DNA of 54,496 bases, from NCBI RefSeq assembly GCF_004010195.1, contig NW_025215243.1:22019-76514 (forward strand), written 5' to 3'. The translations under genes were made by a program, and so were the position numbers. Source of the DNA: Chiloscyllium plagiosum (Eukaryota). The notes beneath the pieces were generated by a model. It made no database searches, had not been told where the DNA came from, and saw nothing but the letters and a program-made list of their open reading frames with translations. Shown here in pieces: positions 13,096 to 23,317 of this stretch (positions are counted from its first letter, which is position 1; the number at the start of each line of letters is the position of its first letter).

Positions 13096-13949
13096 CTTCA
13101 ATGTTTCTGTATCTACGTAACCTCTTCCAGTCATAAAGACACGATCACTCGGTGGAGACACAACAATCCTCTCGGGTCCCTGCAGCACTCCCGATGTGTA
13201 TAACCCACTGAAAGCCTGTGATTCTCACGATCCAGTTCTCACAAGACTCACTCTCTGTGTAACATCGTTTCAATGTAAGCCCCTCCTGTATCTTCATCCA
13301 TTTACGCATCTTCATAATCTTCTCAAGTTCTTACGCCCCTACCTGTGTAAATGTCACCCTCCCCTACAACTCTTCCCACTTTGACCAAACTGGAGGAGGT
13401 TACTTATGCTTCCTTAACTGTGAAACTGTCACCAACCAAAATTACTGCCCTTCTGGAATATTTATCAGAATCCACACCCATCATGTCTAAATAATCTACA
13501 GAAGTAAACCTTCCAATATCTATAAACATCTTCAGTCACGACTACCCTCCGTATCTCTGTTTGGTCCTCCAGTCTATACAACCCACTTTATCTCTGTCAT
13601 TGCTCCATTCACCGAAAATCCTCCCGGTCTCTGTAAACCGCTCTATCCTACTAACACCCTTCTCCCGGTAAACTGCTCCATCCCTCCCAACCTCTCCATC
13701 TTCATGAATACATGTTGACTGTACAGCTCTCCTCATTTCTGTGACATCCTGTGGCTCTATGTGCTCCCTGTGAAACCACCTCCAGTCCCCACAACCCTCC
13801 CAGTTTGTGTTGTCTTCTCCAGATCAGACCATTGCTGTCTCTGTTACCTCCGACAATCCTAGTAAACCTCCCTAATGTGTCTATTCATTCAGATCACATC
13901 CTCTCCAGCCTCCTGAAACCTCTTCCTGCCATCGTAACGCGCCCTATTT

Positions 13950-14980
13950 AGAACACAGAACAGTACAGCATAGTACAGTCCCTTCAGCCCTCAATGTTGT
14001 GTCAATCTTTTATATTACTATAAGATCAATCTAACCCGCAGACCATTGAAAGAATAAAGAAAATCACAGCACAGGAACAGGCTCTTCAGCCCGCTAAGCC
14101 TCCGCTGATCCAGATTCTCTGTCTAAACCCGTGGCCTATTTGCTGACGATCTGTGCTCCTTTGCTCCCTGCCCACTCATACATCTGTCTGGATATATCTT
14201 AACTGACGTTATAATTCCCGCCTGTACCACCTCCGCTGGTAAAATGTTCCAGGCCCCCATCACTCCCTGCGTAAAGAACTTTCCACGCCGATCTGCCCTA
14301 AACCTTTCCCCTCTCACTGTGAAATCATGACCCCTAGTAATTGAGTTCCGCACTCTGGGGGAAAAAAAGGCTTCTTGCTATCCACCTTGTCTATACATCC
14401 CATGATTTTGCAGACCTCAATCAGGTCTCCAATCAACCTTTGTCTTTCTAATGAAAATAATCCAAAACTATTCAATCACTCCTTATTGCTAACGCCCTCT
14501 ATACCAGGCAACATTCTGGTGAACATTATCTGCACCCTCTCCAAAGCATGCCCATCCTTTTGGAAACGTGGTGACCAGAACTGTACGTAATATTCTCAAC
14601 CGAAGTTCTATGCAACTGTAACATGACCTGACAACTCTTGTACTCAATACTACGTCCAATGAAGGAAAGCATGCCCTATGCCACCTTCACCACTTTATTG
14701 ACCTGCGTCATCACCTTCAAGGAACAATAGATCTCAATACCCATATCTTCATTTTCCCCAGGACCTTCCCATTTACTTTTGAGTTGGATGTTCCAAAGTG
14801 CATCACCTCGTATTTGCCCGGATTGAACTCCATCTGCCAGTTCTCTGCCCGCCTCTCCAATCTATCTATATTCTGCTGTATTATCTGACATTCCCCTTCA
14901 CTGTCTGCTACTGCACCAATCTTAGTGTCATCTGCAAACTTGCTAATCAAGGAACCGATACATTCCTCCAAGTCTACCAA
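13950..14980 (-). mobile_element. CR1 3' ends (short one at 13950-14040; RT to 3' end at 14050-14980)
   Basis: Minus ORFs read LISKFADDTKIG...WQMEFNPGKYEVMHFG and TRGHDFTVRGERFR...FFTQGV. AAAGAAT-type tail. Confidence 0.9.
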
Positions 14981-15290
14981 CATTCAGCCCCTCAAACATC
15001 AGCGCCCCCACCTCACAGAGGAAGGATCCTGATCCTAACAACCACGAAAGACTGACTGACAGTATCCAAGCTTCCGGACTGGATCTGAGACTCCCCCTGA
15101 CTCACTGTACTGGGCACCGTGACTGACTGGACAATGCTACCAAGCTTCCTGGGTTTGTGGCTACACTAAACACCAGGACAATGCAGCAGGTGGATGAGGA
15201 GAAAGTGAGGTCTGCAGATGCTGGAGATCAAAGTTGAAACTTTATTGCTAGAACAGCACAGCAGGTCAGGCAGCATCCTGGGAACAGGAG

Positions 15291-15326
15291 ATTCGACGTT
15301 TCGGGCACAGGCCCTTCTTCAGGAAT
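15291..15326 (-). ncRNA. Minimal hammerhead ribozyme motif (mirror copy)
   Basis: The reverse complement is ATTC-CTGAAGA-AGGGCCTGTGCCC-GAAA-CGTC-GAAT. Confidence 0.8.
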
Positions 15327-15364
15327 GATTCCTGAAGAAGGGCCTGTGCCCGAAACGTCGAATC
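15327..15364 (+). ncRNA. Minimal (type I) hammerhead ribozyme motif
   Basis: GATTC-CTGAAGA-A-GGGC(CTGT)GCCC-GAAA-CG-TC-GAATC. Stem I is 5 bp, the CUGANGA/GAAA core is intact, stem II is 4 bp, the cleavage triplet is GUC, and stem III is reduced to the palindrome ACGU. Confidence 0.8.
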
Positions 15365-15535
15365 TCCTGTTCCCTGGATGCTGCCTGACCTGCTGTGCTG
15401 TTCCAGCAATAAAGTTTCAGCAGGTGGATGAGCCTGGTAGCTCTAGCTGATGGGTAACACTGCTAAAGGCAGGGTGAGGTGAGGCAATAATTTTGTGAGC
15501 ATTCAGGTTAGCTCAAAGTGAATGTGTGCAATCAC

Positions 15536-15698
15536 GGAGTGAGCAGCCCAGAGGGACAGTCCATGAGCTAGGTGTGTGTCTCTGAGCACAGTTTGCTTAC
15601 AGCAGCATTGAGTGTGTACAAACATGGAGTGAGCAGCCCAGAAGGACAGGCCATGACCTGTGTTTGTCCCTGAGCACAGTGTCCTTGCAGCAGCATTG
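15536..15698. repeat. Diverged direct repeat, period 90 bp, 2 copies
   Basis: GGAGTGAGCAGCCCAGA...CTGAGCACAG...CAGCAGCATTG occurs at 15536 and 15626. Confidence 0.85.
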
Positions 15699-16089
15699 CA
15701 ATGAGAGCTGTCAGTGCACCCTGAACTGCAGCATTGATGTACAGAAGCGTACTGTCAGTGGGTCGGTGATCTGCTGGGATGGCATGGTGAGGCTGACATG
15801 TGTCAGATGCCAGCATTGGAGGATATGTAGTACATGCAGGTTCGGTCTGTGCAGTGTCCCCTGAGACGCTGATGTCCAAGACAGAAGGCCACAGGAGCGA
15901 GGGTCATGATGGCGTCACCAGATACCAGATCTAATAATCATGTCAAATTGTCCATATTGAGTTTCCCCACAGACGGACGGAGGACATGAAACTGCAAATT
16001 AATGAGGAGAGGTCTGCAGGAATGTGGCTGCTGATCATCAGGAGTTATTCAATCAGCAATTGACCACTATCTTGCTGAAATCTTATCGT

Positions 16090-18050
16090 GAACCGTACAG
16101 CACAGGAACAGGCCCTTCGGCCCCCCACCCCAAGTTGCACTGATACTTGATGTCTTTAGAAGTTATAAAATGTTGTATATCATTATATTCCCTGCTAACA
16201 CATGTACATGTCAAGATACCATCATTGCTATTGTATCTTCTTCTGTAGCCTCCTCTATCAGTGCATTCCGGGGACTTTCACATTCTGTCTGGAACATAGA
16301 AAAAAAAACTTGCTTCTCATATATCCTTTAAACTTTCACCCATTTACCTAAAACTTATGCCCCCCTAGCAATTAATATTTCTATTCTGGGGGGAAAAAGA
16401 CTCCAACTGTCTATTCTGTCCATACCTCTCATAGTTTTGTAAACCTGTAACAGGTTCTACTTCTGTCTAATATCCTCCAAACCACACACTTCTTAGTAAA
16501 CGTTTTTCAAACCCTCTCCAATACCTCAAGATCCTTTTGCTGATCTGGTAATCAGTCATGTGCACAATATTCTAAATGATGCCGAAATATAGTCCTATCC
16601 AGCTGCAACACGCAACAATGTTTCCCTGTGTTGCCACTTTCAGGAACGATGGACCTGCATGCCCAGATCCCTTCAATGTTGACGCTACTTAAATGTCTTT
16701 CATTTATTGTATATTTCTCTCCTGCAGCAGACTTTCTTAAACGTATCAACTCGCAATTGCCCATGTTAAGTTACATCTGTTTTTTCTCCATCCAAGTCTC
16801 GAGCCCACGTATATCCTGCTGTTTCATTTGCCAATCATCCTGACAACCCTCACCTCCTCCAATCTGTTCACGCATATCAGACAGGAAAAAAAAAAAACAC
16901 TTCCACCACTGCTGACTGCTATGACTACGCAGTTCTCTGTCTATGTTACTGACTGACCATTGATCCTATTTCACATCACCTTCTGTATGAGCCTGCTGTA
17001 AGGAACCAAATCAATGGCCTTGCAATGGTCCAGATGACCAACATCCAGCTCCATGTCCTCATCATTCACTTTTGCCAATTTCTCAAAATATTCAATCACA
17101 TTTGTGAGTCAAAATTTTCAACACACAAAGCCGTGTTGCCCATCGTGAATAAATCCATATTTTTCCAAATGTGAGTCAGTCCTGTCATTAAGAATCTCCA
17201 ATATTTTCCCGACCACTGATATTAAGCTCACCAAGCTGAAATTTATGGAATTCTCCGTGTTGTCCTTCTTCGACCAAGGAACAACATTGGCTAATTTCCA
17301 GTTCCCTTGAACGTCTGCTGTCACTGAAGCGCAAACAAAGTGTGTGCACAAGGTCTCAGCAATTTACTCCCTCGATCCCCTCAGTATTCTGGGATTAATC
17401 CCATCATATCCTGGAGACTTGTTGACCTTAATATTTTTCAAAACACCCAACACAGCCTCCATTTTAATATTAAAATGACACCGGATATCAGCATATCCAT
17501 CTCTTGACTCACCACCCACCATCCTCCTTTGTGAATACCAATATAAAGTATTTATTAAGGACTTCACCCCCTTCCTCCAGCTCCACGCATTAATTCCCTC
17601 TTTTGTCCTTGATCGTGTGTACTCTTTCCTTGGCTACTCTGTTCCTCCTGATAAGCTGCTTTGGCATTTTCCTTAATCATGTTTTATAAAGACATTTCAT
17701 CGTGCTTTTTCATCCTCACAACTCTTTTGCTTTAGTTTTTCCTGTCTTTTATCATGTTTTTCGAGGCTTCTGAGTGTCTTCAGTTCCCAAACTCTTAGAT
17801 GTGCTTCGTTTTTCTTTTTGACTGAACTGACAATTTCTCTTGGCAAGATTTGGGAAAGTTTAATGACATCCTTACCACCCTGTCTCGCTTTAGTTTTTCC
17901 TGTCTTTTATCATGTTTTTCGAGGCTTCTGAGTGTCTTGAGTTCCCAAACTCTTAGATGTGCTTCCTTTTTCTTTTTGACTGAACTGACAATTTCTCTTG
18001 GCAATGACATCCTTACCACCCTGTCTCCATGACCAGATCTCACATCCCTG
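16090..18050 (-). mobile_element. CR1 fragments (3' UTR, RT, tether)
   Basis: Minus ORFs read HLEYCAH, WKLANVVP...HDGQHGF and NKSPGYDGINPRILR. 3' UTR ACAGCACAGGAACAGGCCCTTCGGCCC. Confidence 0.85.
17729..18027. repeat. Tandem duplication (158 + 141 bp) inside CR1
   Basis: Copies 17729-17886 and 17887-18027 are near-identical. Copy 1 has 17 extra nt (AGATTTGGGAAAGTTTA). Confidence 0.95.
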
Positions 18051-19905
18051 AATATAGTAACATCGAGAATGGTCTGATTGGCTTCTCAGACAATTCTCCC
18101 AGATTCATCACAATAGCCCCATTGTTGAGGTCCTTTAAGCTTTAATTGAAACTCAGAACCATATACAAACCTTCGACAGTTTCTATTGCTTGCCTTTTAT
18201 ATTCCTTATTTTACATTTCCTTCTCTGGTCTGAAAAGAAATCTGCTAAAGATGACTTGATATTTCTTGACAGCATCGTTTCACAAACACTGTTTGCTTTC
18301 TAATTTCGTTTTGGATCTCACCTCTCCACATTCCGCACTCCTCTCGGCATTCTGTAGTATTATGTTCGCGTTGTGTGATGTAAGGTTTCCTGTTCTGTTT
18401 TTGTATTCCTAGATTTCAAGGGGGCTCTGGATTTAGCAGCCTGAACCTTTTCACTTTATGAGAACACATTTTCTTAGAACCACTTTAATCTCCTCTCAGA
18501 CTACCTGCCACTGCTCTGATTCTGATTTATCTTCTAGTTACTTGTTTCTGTTTACTTGAAGAAATAAAGTTAGACAGTGTCTTCTTAGTCTAGCTTTGTC
18601 CTTTATAATACTTATGCTAAAATCAAATGAATTATGATCACTATTCCCTAAATATTGTCCTTTTCTTTCCAGCTGGCAGTGGTAATGACTGTGGATGGTG
18701 CTAACGGAGGAAATGTCATGGTACTCATACCTGCTGCTGAGTGTCGGTGGTGGAGGGAGGGAGTTGTTGTGGATGGGGACAGTTTATTTCGACTGTTCGA
18801 TCTTTAATCATGTCAAACTGCCTGAGTACTTCTGGAGTTGCACTCATCAAACAAGTGGAGATTATTTGATTATATTCCTGACTTGAACCTTGGGGATTTT
18901 GGACAGGCTTTGGCAAGGCAGAAGAAAAGTTACTTGCTGCAGGATTCCTAAATTCTGATCTGATGTTCTCACCGTAGCAGTGGAATGGTCTTGGATTAAC
19001 CCGAGAATGTTAGTGCCAATGGATTCAGCAATGGTACTGCCTTTGAATGTTGAATGGCAATGATGAGATGGTTCACGATGATAACTGTCTGACATTTGTG
19101 TGGCACAGATGTTACTTGTCACTTGTAGCCCGGAAGCCTGGCTGCTGTCCAAGTCTTGCTGCATTTGGACTGATCTTTGTGATCTGAGGAGTTGGGAATT
19201 GTAAACTCATGAGCCAATCTCATCACATCTGATCGTATGAAGGAGTGCGCTTGCAGATAGCTGGTTTTTCAAAGTCCCTGCTGCCTTGGTTCTTGTAGAT
19301 GGCAGTGAGTTGAAAAGGTACTATCGAATTAGCCTTGGAGCAGTGAGTCTTGTAGATTTTATACACTGTTATTGCTGTGCATCAGTGGGAGATGGATGGT
19401 TGGTCGTGGAAGTGATAGTTATTAAATTGGCTGGAATTTGACCTTAGATTACACTGCAAGAATAACTATCACAGGGAGTTAGTAGGTGAATTCCTAACCT
19501 CTGACCTACTCTTAAAGGCAGTGCTATATATATGGCTAGTCCAGGGCAACTCCTGGTAAATTATAGCACCCGGGATGCTGATAAACACCATTTTGGGGAC
19601 TCCGTGATGGGAGCTCAGTGATGGGAATGCTATTGAAAAGCAAAGAATGATGGTTTGATTTTTATTGTTATACTTGTCTAATGTTTGAGTGTCGTGAACA
19701 TTACTTGCTGTTTGTCAGACAAAACCCCGATGTTTTCCAGGTCTTGTTGCATTTCACCATGGCCTGTTTCAGGCATGATATAATCAATGACCATTGTCCT
19801 GTCTGACCTTACGATGGAGAGAGAGTCATTGCAGCTGCTGGAAATGGTTCAGTCTCGGATACTCCCTTTCTTGAGAAATGGCTGCAGAGCTCTCTTGTGT
19901 TCCAG

Positions 19906-20236
19906 TTACTCACACTGACAACAGGCATTATTATTGTTGGGGATAATTACTCACACTGACAAGAGGAGTTTTATTTTGTTGTGGGTAATTACTCACACTG
20001 ACAACAGGCATTATTATTGCTGGGGATAATTACTCATACTGACAACAGACGTTATTGTTGCTGGGGATAATTGCTCGCACTGACAACAGGCATTATTGTT
20101 GCAGCGAATAATTACTCACACTGTCAGAAGGCGTTATTGTTGCTAGGGTTATTTACTCACACTGACAACAGGCATTTTCATTGCTGGGGATAATTACTCA
20201 CGTTGAAATCAGGCATTTTTGTTGCTGGGGATAATT
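19906..20236. repeat. Minisatellite, 41-bp unit x 8
   Basis: Unit ACTCACACTGACAACAGGCATTATTGTTGCTGGGGATAATT. Starts at 19908, 19949, 19991, 20032, 20073, 20114, 20155 and 20196. Confidence 0.95.
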
Positions 20237-21128
20237 CCAACCAGGAGAGTACTTGCCCCAGATTCCGATTAAATATAGTTTTACTCGGTGTCTTATTGTC
20301 ACACCCTGTTAAATGGTGACTCGATGTTAAGTGTAATTGCTCTCAGTGCGCCTTGGAGTTCCACGCTTTTAAACTGAGCTTGCAATGTGTTCAGGATCTC
20401 AGTGAGCCTGACGGTTCACTACCTGAATGACACTGAACAGATTATTGCTGATTGATCCCATTATTGCTGACACATCCCATCACTTTTACATGGTAGACCG
20501 TACACTGATGGATCAGTGACTGGCTGCAATGCAAGAGCCCTGCTTTTTGTTCACAGGACACATTCAGGCAGTTTATCACATTGTTGGTGGGTGTTAGTGT
20601 TCTTGCTGGAATAGAACATCTTGGCTAGAGATGTGGCAATCTCTGAAGTTAAATCACAGTTTACAGTGTCTCCAGTCATGTCTTGATATTGTGTGGAGTG
20701 AATCGAATTGTCTGATGATTGAGGTCAGTGATGCTGGGGACTACTGAAGGAGGATGAAATGGATCATCAGCTCAGCCTACCTGGCTGAAAGGTGTTACAA
20801 ATGCAGCATCTTTATTTTATTCCTGATTTGCTGGGCTCCACAATAATTGGGGATTTCATTGTTGGAGAGCAGCAGCATCCTCCTCCAGTTGTCTCTTTCA
20901 TTGTCCACTATCTTTTTATAACTACATGTGGCAGGACTGCAGGGATAGATCTGATCCATTGATAGTGGGATCACTGAGCTCTGTCCATCACTTGCTGCTC
21001 GTGCTGTCCGAATACAAGTCGTCCTGTTTTGCAGTTGAACGCAGTAAATGTTTCTCAAGGTTGTCCCTCGTCTCTAGGTCTGGCTGGCGCTACTCCCAGC
21101 ATGTCCTTCTGCACTCATCACTGACCCA

Positions 21129-22660
21129 GTTACAGTACTGTGGGAGATATATTGGGCCATGATGGTTGCTTTTCAGTGGGTGGTATGTCAGGCCGTGATG
21201 GTGACTGTGCAGTGGGAGGTATGTCGGGCCGTGACAGATACTGTACAGTGGGAGGTATGTCAGGCCGTGATGGTTACTGTACAGTGGGAGGTTTGTCGGG
21301 CCGTGATGGTTACTGTACAGTGGGAGGTATGTCAGGACGTGATGGTTACTGTACAGTGGGAGGATATCGGTCCGTGATGGTTACTGTACAGTGGGAGGTA
21401 TGTGGGTCCGTGATAGATACTGTACTGTGGGAGGGGTTCGGGCTGTGATGGTGGCTGTACAGTGGGTGATATGTCGGGCTGTGACGGTTACAGTATAGTG
21501 GGAGGAATGTCGGGCCGTGACGGTTACTGCACAGTGGGAGGATATCGGTCCGTGATGGTTACTGTACAGTGGGAGGTATGTCGGGCCGTGATGGCTACTG
21601 TATAGTGGGAGGTATGTCGGTCCGTGATGGGTACTGTACTGTGGGAGGGGTTCGGGCTGTGATGGTGGCTGTACAGTGGGTGGTATGTCGGGCTGTGACG
21701 GTTACTGTATAGTGGGAGGTATGTCGGGCCGTGATGGCTACTGTATAGTGGGAGGTATGTCGGTCCGTGATGGGTACTGTACTGTGGGAGGGGTTCGGGC
21801 TGTGATGGTGGCTGTACAGTGGGTGGTATGTCGGGCTGTGACGGTTACTGTATAGTGGGAGGTATGTCGGTCCGTGATGGGTACTGTACTGTGGGAGGGG
21901 TTTGGGCTGTGATGGTGGCTGTACAGTGGAAGGTATGTGAGAACGTGATGGTTACTGTACAGTGGGATGTAAGTCAGGACGTGATGGTTACTGTACAGGG
22001 AATGGTATGTCGGGCTGTGATGGTTACTGTACAGTGGATGGTATGTCGGGCTGTGATGGTTACTGTACAGTGGGAGGTATGTCGTGCCGTGATGGTTACT
22101 GTACAATGGGAGGTATGTCGTGCCGTTATGGTTACTGTACAGTGGGAGGTATGTCGGTCCGTGATGGATGCTGTACTGTGGGAGAGGTTCGGGCTGTGAT
22201 GGTGGCTGTACAGTGGGAGGTATGTGGGGACTTGATGGTTACAGTACAGTGGAAGATATGTGAGGCCTTGATGGTTACTGTACAGTTGGAGGTATGTCCG
22301 GACGTGATGGTTACTGTACAGTTGGAGGTATGTCAGGATGTGACGGTTACTGTACATTGGGAGGTATGGTGAGCCGTGATGGTTTCTGTAGAGTGGGAGG
22401 TATGTCGGTCTGTGATGCATACTGTACTGTGGGTGGGGTTTGGGCTGTGATGGTGGCTGTACAGTGGAAGGTTTGTGAGACCGTGATGGTTACTGTACAG
22501 TTGGAGCTATGTTGGCCTGTTTGGTTACTGTATAGTTGGAGGTATGTCGGGCTGTGATGGTCACTGTACATTTGGAGGTATGTCGGGCTGTGATTGTTAC
22601 TGTACAGTGGGAGGTATGCGGGGCCGTGACGGTTACTGTACAGTGGGAGGTATGTCGGTC
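21129..22660. repeat. Minisatellite, 36-bp unit, about 42 copies
   Basis: Unit GTGATGGTTACTGTACAGTGGGAGGTATGTCGGGCC, with a recurring 35-bp variant. Confidence 0.97.
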
Positions 22661-23004
22661 CAGGAAGTTGCAGATTGTATGAGTTGTACAGAATATGATT
22701 CTGCTGCTACCGATGGACCATTGTACCTCACAGATGCAACGTCATTGGTTGCTTAATCTGTTTAAAGTCTGTACCATTCTGTACATCTCATGGTGAGGAG
22801 GGTCTGCAAAATGTGAAGTTAGCCCTTGCTCCCTTTCAGGACTGTGCAGTGAACATTGTCACCGATCTATGAAAAGGCGTGGTATATCTGCAGTAGGCAG
22901 ATCGGTGACGATGTGGGTTTCCCTTTTATTGGTTCCCCATAACCAGCCGTAGACCAGTCTAGCCGCCACAGGATCCAGCATCAATGCTGGTTACTATGAT
23001 TATA

Positions 23005-23249
23005 TTAGATTCCCTACAATGTGGTAACAGACCCGCCGGCCTAACGAGTCCACACCAACCCTCCGAAGAGCAACCCATTACCATGGCCATTTCACTTGAG
23101 CTGCCTTTCTTTGGACGGTAGGTGGAAACGCACGCAGACATGGGAAGAATGTGTAAACTCCGCACAGGCATTTGCCCAAGGCTGGAATCGAATCCGGGTC
23201 CCTGGTGCTGTGAGGCAGCAGTGCTAACCACTGAGCTACCATGCCGCCC
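23005..23249 (-). mobile_element. HE1-like V-SINE
   Basis: Reverse complement: GGGCGGCATGGTAGCTCAGTGGTTAGCACTGCTGCCTCACAGC (A box), GGATTCGATTCC (B box), V-domain GGAGTTTACACATTCT and a CR1-derived tail. Confidence 0.9.
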
Positions 23250-23317
23250 TATAGTAACTATATGCCAAGGAGCTGCCCTCTTCTGCCTGGATGTGTCATT
23301 TAAGTGGGACAGAACCT

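Larger units (their letters stand above)
15199..15417. mobile_element. Young Penelope-like terminal-repeat palindromic insertion with 15-bp TSD
   Basis: CAGCAGGTGGATGAG is duplicated at 15184-15198 and 15418-15432. Inverted arms 15235-15326 and 15328-15419 differ at 2 positions. Confidence 0.85.
18670..22980 (-). mobile_element. Old CR1-group LINE fragments, interrupted by two minisatellites
   Basis: The minus ORF 18862-19164 reads MQQDLDSSQA...QVTSNICATQM...NILG. Collinear similarity with 27270-30230. Confidence 0.7.

Noticed and set aside
15235..15419. Pre-miRNA or DNA-transposon MITE reading of the hairpin
   Set aside because: The insert is asymmetric (extra 36 nt on the left), single-arm copies exist elsewhere, and the long TSD and hammerhead core fit a Penelope-like retroelement better.
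19906..20236. CRISPR-like regular repeats
   Set aside because: The units are head-to-tail with no unique spacers, there are no cas genes, and the context is vertebrate.
21140..22756. Cys/Gly-rich repeat protein ORFs (GGMSGRDGYCTV)n
   Set aside because: They are a by-product of a 36-bp unit. The 35-bp variants shift frame repeatedly, and several frames on both strands are open.
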